A stretch of 64,000 bases of DNA from Diadema antillarum (lineage: Eukaryota): NCBI RefSeq assembly GCF_040938485.1, contig NW_027270911.1, positions 620,001 to 684,000 on the forward strand. The letters run 5' to 3'. A model generated the notes under the pieces. The model searched no databases. It saw nothing but the letters and a program-made list of their open reading frames with translations, and was not told the DNA's origin. This document shows, piece by piece, positions 58,557-64,000 of this stretch. Position 1 is the stretch's first letter, and each line of letters begins with the position of its first letter. The position numbers and the translations under genes were made by a program.

Positions 58557-61500
58557 ATGAACTCAACCGTGTGTGCGGGCTACCAAGAATACCTCGGTCC
58601 GGATAACATGTGGTTCTGGATCTACCTCAGTCTGTACATCGTTTTAACAATGTTGTCAGGTATGTCAGTTTGCCTATACATACTTTATCGTGGGAACAGA
58701 TTGTTCATAACAGAGGTAAAATGAAATTTTGGAGAAAAAAAAACTAAACCTAGCTGCTTCGAGCAATTTTGGGTGTGTTTAAACCCGCTCCCGTTCTCCT
58801 TTTTCTGCGGAGTGAAGGGGATGGATGCGTGACATAGTTTATAATGCTCTGATGTCTTAAAGTGAAGATCTTGGGTTTAAAATACACCCAGAATGTGCAT
58901 CTTTGCACAAGATGATCTAAAGCTGTTATCTCGCTTTCGATTCCGATATATCGTGGTTGAAATAATGGCAGGGTCCTCTGGGAGAATAATGCTTAAACTG
59001 CAGCGACCTTGTACATGTACTTATAATAATGATAATAACGATGATGACAATAATAGTGGTAATAATAATAATAATAATAACTACTTTTATCATTATAATA
59101 ATTATCATCATCATCATCACCACCATGATAATTAACATTATTGCTGACACTAGTTTTTCCTTCTTTTCCAAGGACTGTTCTCTGGTCTCACCTCAAGTTT
59201 CTTCGCTTTGGACGTGGCCAAACTGCGAGTGACCACTGAGGGCAGCATGACAGCTCGCCAGCGCGTGTACGCGGCTCGCATCCTCCCGCTCGTCCGGCGT
59301 CCCTACCTCCTCCTCGTCACCCTCAACAGCGCCAACGTATCGGCCATCGTGGCCATGCCCATTCTCCTCAACGCCATCGTCCACCCGGCCCTCTCCATCG
59401 TCATCTCGGCCTTCACCGTGCTCATCTTCAACAAGTAGGTGTACACAGTATTTACAAAAGCCAGTGCGTGAACACCAGAAAGCATGTAAAAACAATCAAA
59501 GATATAAGCATGACAACGTTCTCATACTACAACCAAAACCGAAATTTATTGGCGAAATTTTCGATGTCATTTAAGGTTTAGACACTTTGGGTTATCCGTA
59601 GACACAAAGCGGTCAGCTAGCCCACCAACGTACAGTGAAGAGAACCACGTCACTATTATGCGCTATGTCTGAACCATGTGTAGTAATTACGTAAGAACAG
59701 ATGAATAATTTTACTGTTAGATAGTGAATTGTTAGATATTGCTACATAATGCTTATTATATCAGGATTGTCAGCATTGTTACAGTTGATAGGATCGAATG
59801 TAGTTCTGATTTTCTTCATCCTCAAAAAACGCAGCTGACGTCATCGCGTGTAATTATGAAAAAAAAAAGAAACAAGAAGACATTAGGAAAGGAGGTAAAA
59901 ATACAACTAAAAACATGACTACAATTCACAATAAAATAAAATGTACGTAAGCGACACAACTCGAAGAATCCTTTGGTGTGAATTCACGGGCGTCTACTGA
60001 TACCTTGTATGTTTAATTTTTTTTTCAGTTTGAAGACAAATTGCTGGTTGTATTTTTGTTTTTGGCATATTGTTGGCAGGCTTTTACCGCAGAGTGTCAG
60101 CGATCGACATGGATTGGCGTTGGCGGCAAATACAATATGGTGAGTACGGTGACCTACATGAGAATTATATTCAACCTGTGACGTCACACACTATGGTCGA
60201 TTTCTGCTGTTTAAACTGAACTGGGACAATGTAGACTAGATTGTGGAATCATGACATCACTCACGAACTGAAATGTATCTTATAATCACACTTAACGCTG
60301 GACTGATTCACTATTGGGAAACTCTCTAGCGTTAATTTGTTTTTTTTTTTAAAAAACCATCTTTTGTTGACATTGAATTTTGTGGTGGCTTGTCGCTGGA
60401 GCGAGTAACTTATCAGCAACCAAACATTGTTACACGTGTGTTCCAAAACACACGTGTTTTCTCATTCTGAGTTTTATTTACTTATCGTTACAAAGATGAA
60501 CGTTTTTGCAAAGCTGTGACGACACTGAAAATCACGACCATCATCAAGAGCAACAAAGTCCTTACGCCAATGACTAATTTGAAGTGAGAGGTGGTCCATA
60601 ATGACAGGACGCCTGCCGAATGTTTTAACGTCCTTTCAAACTTTAAGAAGTCCGTAAAAGTTTGTTAACCCTCTTGAGATCGCACCATCAGTTAATTTCA
60701 TAATTGTTTCCGTAATGCATGCCTCATATTGACAATGCATCTTCATGGAGGGACATGCATCCGTAATGTTGCTTCTCTTTTTGGGACTTTGGAGTCTTTA
60801 GAATCTGATGACGAAGTCAAACAAACATGTGCGATCAGTCCTGTGAAAGCAGATTGCACACAGGCCAATACTAGAGTGGTTGCTTCCTGTAGGTTTGCAG
60901 ACCTACGTAAGAGAATAAGTTTAACAAAGAATTACCCTCTACCGATGAGAGATATTAATGAGTGAAGATTGAACAGCAGGGCGAACTGCTTGCGAAGACG
61001 CTTAATAATTGTGGGCGTCCCTTCTAACCTCGTCCTCAGGGTGACGTACATCGTCCTTGTACTCTTCTTCGTTATCGCCTGGCCTATCTCCAGACTTCTA
61101 AGGCTGATTCTCGGTAAAAGAAGGGATGTGTTCTATCAAAGATCGGGTAGGTTCGCTTCTTTGGCAATATCCTGCATTTCGGCCTATCATAACGTTTAAA
61201 ACTAGAAAATTTTCTCTCACTTTGAACACACGGTGATTCCTTTTGCTGTTGTCAAAATTGTAAAAGAATACTTTCAGTGTTGAAAGAAAACAAAAAGTTT
61301 TATTTAGCCGTTATCATGCCCCCAATTGAAAAAGACTTACAAAGTGACGATATGATTCGATTCAGCATTTTGGAGATGAGCTGAACTTATTTTCGAATTG
61401 ATAACTCGTGGAGTAGGCTACATCATTAGCATACCGCATCACTGACATCATTCACTATGTGGGCAGAAAACTTGTAGACGTGAGACGAGCCATCAAGATA

Positions 61501-63482
61501 TAACGCAATACAGCCATTAGAGAACAAGAAGGAAAACCAGACACCATTAGTTTCTACCACAATAACAACAATTCTAAAAATTATGATTATGATTATAAAG
61601 ATGATTATGATCATCATCACCATCATAAACATCATCATCATAATAACCCTATACATGTATAATAACGATGTTAAGAATGAGAACAATAATTAAAATGATA
61701 AACAGGAATAAGAATACTATTGAGCCTGATGAACCATTATCATCTTCACATTATCAAATCGTTTAAATCTTGTAGAAACCAGGAGAGCTACTAAACACTA
61801 TAGTTGTTAAACAACATTTACTGGCCGTTACGCCTGTTTCAGAATTAAAGGCGCTGATGGAGTTGCAAATGATGTCACCAGACGCAGTAGCGGAAAACCG
61901 GAACCTCACGCAGGACGAAGTCATAATAATCAAGGGCGCCCTCGATGCCGAGAGCAAGGTAGCGAAGGATGCCATGATTCCCCTCGACGACGTGTTCATG
62001 CTCAATTACGACGGCGCCTTGGATAGAACGACTATGGATAAGGTTTGTCCGGTGGCAGCTTTATTGTTGTGGACGGTAAAACGGGGGGAAAGTATTTAGC
62101 CATAAGAGACAATGAGTACTAATGACAGAAACCGTTTTTATCCTTAAAAAATCAATGTTATCATAATCATTATTTTATCATTATCATAGAAGTATCACTA
62201 TCATTTTAACGATGTAGATCTTGATTCATCGAGGTAGTATGCTAAAAGCGTGGAAATTAACTCCTGTTTGACTTAACTTACTTGTGAAAATCACGGAGAG
62301 AACAACAAATTCATGACTCGTCCATGTCACTTCTGCAGCTCTGGCTGGCTGGCGAGCATTCACCCGTGATGGGTGAATGAGCAGTGTTACCGCCTGTGTC
62401 ATTGTTTGTCCGTCGATGAATTTTCCATAAAGATTCAATGATTACTTTTTGGTGATGATCCGATGCCTTGGTCATGATACAGGATTTAGACAGTGAAGAT
62501 ATCTACCATAATAATATATCTAAAAATCTCGCGTTATCCGGTGTCAATTCTCTTTCCCTATCTCACGCATAGATCACCTCCCAGAGTTATTCCCACGTGC
62601 CCGTCTTCAAGGGCGATCGCCAGAACATCCAGGGTGAGTTCGTCGTGAAGAACCTCATCATTCTCGATCCCGACGACCGCGTGTCGATCTCATCAGCGCT
62701 GGAGCTTTACGGTCGGCGGCTACCCTCGGTGGTGGCCAGCAGACCTCTCTACCATATCCTGGACGAAATGAACGCCGGAAAATACCGTGTTGCCGCGGTA
62801 CATGACGCATCTCGCGTAAGAACCCGAACAGTACCATTCATTTTTTAAATTCATTAAAATAAATCTTAAAAGGAAACACTAACTTTTGTTTAAGTTAACT
62901 TTGAAAGAAAGAAAATATATCACAAAACAGGAACGCTGACGCTTCATCGAGATAGTACATACATCAGAGGACATTTGAACGGAATTTGAAATTTGCAACC
63001 GTTATTGGTAACAATTGCAGATGCAAATTAAATGATGCGACGATGCCAACGACTAATAACTCTTCTGCCACTGTCTGCAGGTTTGTTCATGATATTGTAT
63101 TCAAAATCATTATGGTCGATAATCTTACAGCTATAATCCCTCCCCTATATAGGTACTCTCTCAATAATCTGATGCATGTTAAGCACAAAATGTATTCTTT
63201 TGGTAATTGACAAGGCAATTGTCAGGTATACTAACGGTCAGATTTTCATGGACTTTTCTCTCAAAGAGAATCGTTGGCATACTAGCAATGCAGAACGTAC
63301 TGGATGAAATTCTGGGACAGAGACGCTCCGCGCCGAGTGACGGAGATCCCGGTGAATATTCCACGACGCCGAGATTGAGCCTGGTACCATCGACGCAGCT
63401 TCTACCATTAACGAGAGAAGGCGCCGTCGATCAAGCAGCAACTGGTGGTACCAGCGTTGCAGATGCAGCTGCTACCAACAAG
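58557..63482 (+). CDS. DUF21 + CBS-pair protein (CNNM/CorC/MAM3-type metal transporter homolog); join(58557..58659,59173..59434,60080..60139,61040..61146,61843..62042,62573..62815,63267..63482), about 397 aa; ends GTA-TGA at 63488 or splices onward
   Basis: WFWIYLSLYIVLTMLSG|LFSGLT...LLLVTLNSANV...VLIFNK|LLPQSVSDRHGLALAANTIW|VTYIVL..IAWPISRLL|ELKALM..DEVIIIKGALD..KDAMIPLDDVFML|..SHVPVFKGDRQNIQG..VKNLI..DP|..GILAMQNVLDEILG. All junctions are GT-AG and phase-compatible; the start codon is provisional (frame stays open upstream). Confidence 0.85.
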
Positions 63483-64000
63483 GTATGATATGATGAAATA
63501 CGTTGTATTACCCTTGTCGTTGCTATCGGTCACCTATTCGAAACACACAGAGAGAGACATTTGAGTTTGTGGTACAGAGAGGGTAAATTGCACAACGTGC
63601 ATGTCAATCGTATGATCTTTAGGTGACGATCCATACCAGATATGCCTTCCGCCGCCAAAGAATTTGATATTTACATTCAAACACCATTACATTGCAAGTC
63701 GATCGGATAATTAGGACTCAAATGCGTGGGACAGATAGGAAGGAAGAGGAATTCGTTAACGAGTAAGAGTTATGTTCTGCAGGCGACTCTCGCTATAACG
63801 AAGTACTCAGAACCAGAAGTTTTCTTTTGATATATCGAAATTTCTTTATGACCGAACAAATGAAGAATACTAGATAGTAAATTTAGGTCCTGAATCTTCA
63901 TTTGCTGTAAATTTCGTTATAGTGCGGTGCTCGTTGTTACAACGAAATAACCTTGTTGTATCCTATTACAGGGAGTTCCCTCACAACTTGTAAGGGAACT

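Noticed and set aside
60971-61027. Alternative frame GELLAKTL that could restore the CNNM GE motif
   Set aside because: It hits a stop after 18 codons and is out of frame with the next exon; the 60080-60139 exon (LLPQSVSDRHGL) is clearly the homologous segment.

Overview
Eukaryotic, AT-rich, intron-rich animal DNA. An invertebrate deuterostome (most likely a sea urchin or other echinoderm) is inferred from the repeat families and GPCR type. There are four sized N-gaps. Five protein-coding loci could be rebuilt by hand with phase-consistent GT-AG splicing: ACAT2 cytosolic thiolase (+, 8 exons, 394 aa); an intronless rhodopsin-class GPCR (+, 361 aa); SAP18 (-, 3 exons, 174 aa); a CMTM/MARVEL four-TM protein (-, at least 4 exons); and a DUF21+CBS-pair CNNM/CorC/MAM3-type protein (+, at least 7 exons). 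One further exon-like ORF (-) has no identified parent gene. The rest is a dense mix of non-autonomous DNA transposons (a THAP-bearing P-like element with nested telomere-repeat MITEs; Kolobok-, CMC-, pogo-, MULE- and Helentron-like elements), a tRNA-derived SINE, LINE fragments, a 251-bp tandem triplication and microsatellites. The most striking observation is the CNNM-like gene. It keeps an intact frame and exon structure, but the conserved Mg2+-site Gly-Glu reads Asn-Lys and the CBS Mg-ATP motifs are also replaced, which suggests a pseudo-transporter or a re-specialised one. No rRNA, true tRNA gene or CRISPR array was seen. All coordinates and alignments were done by eye.
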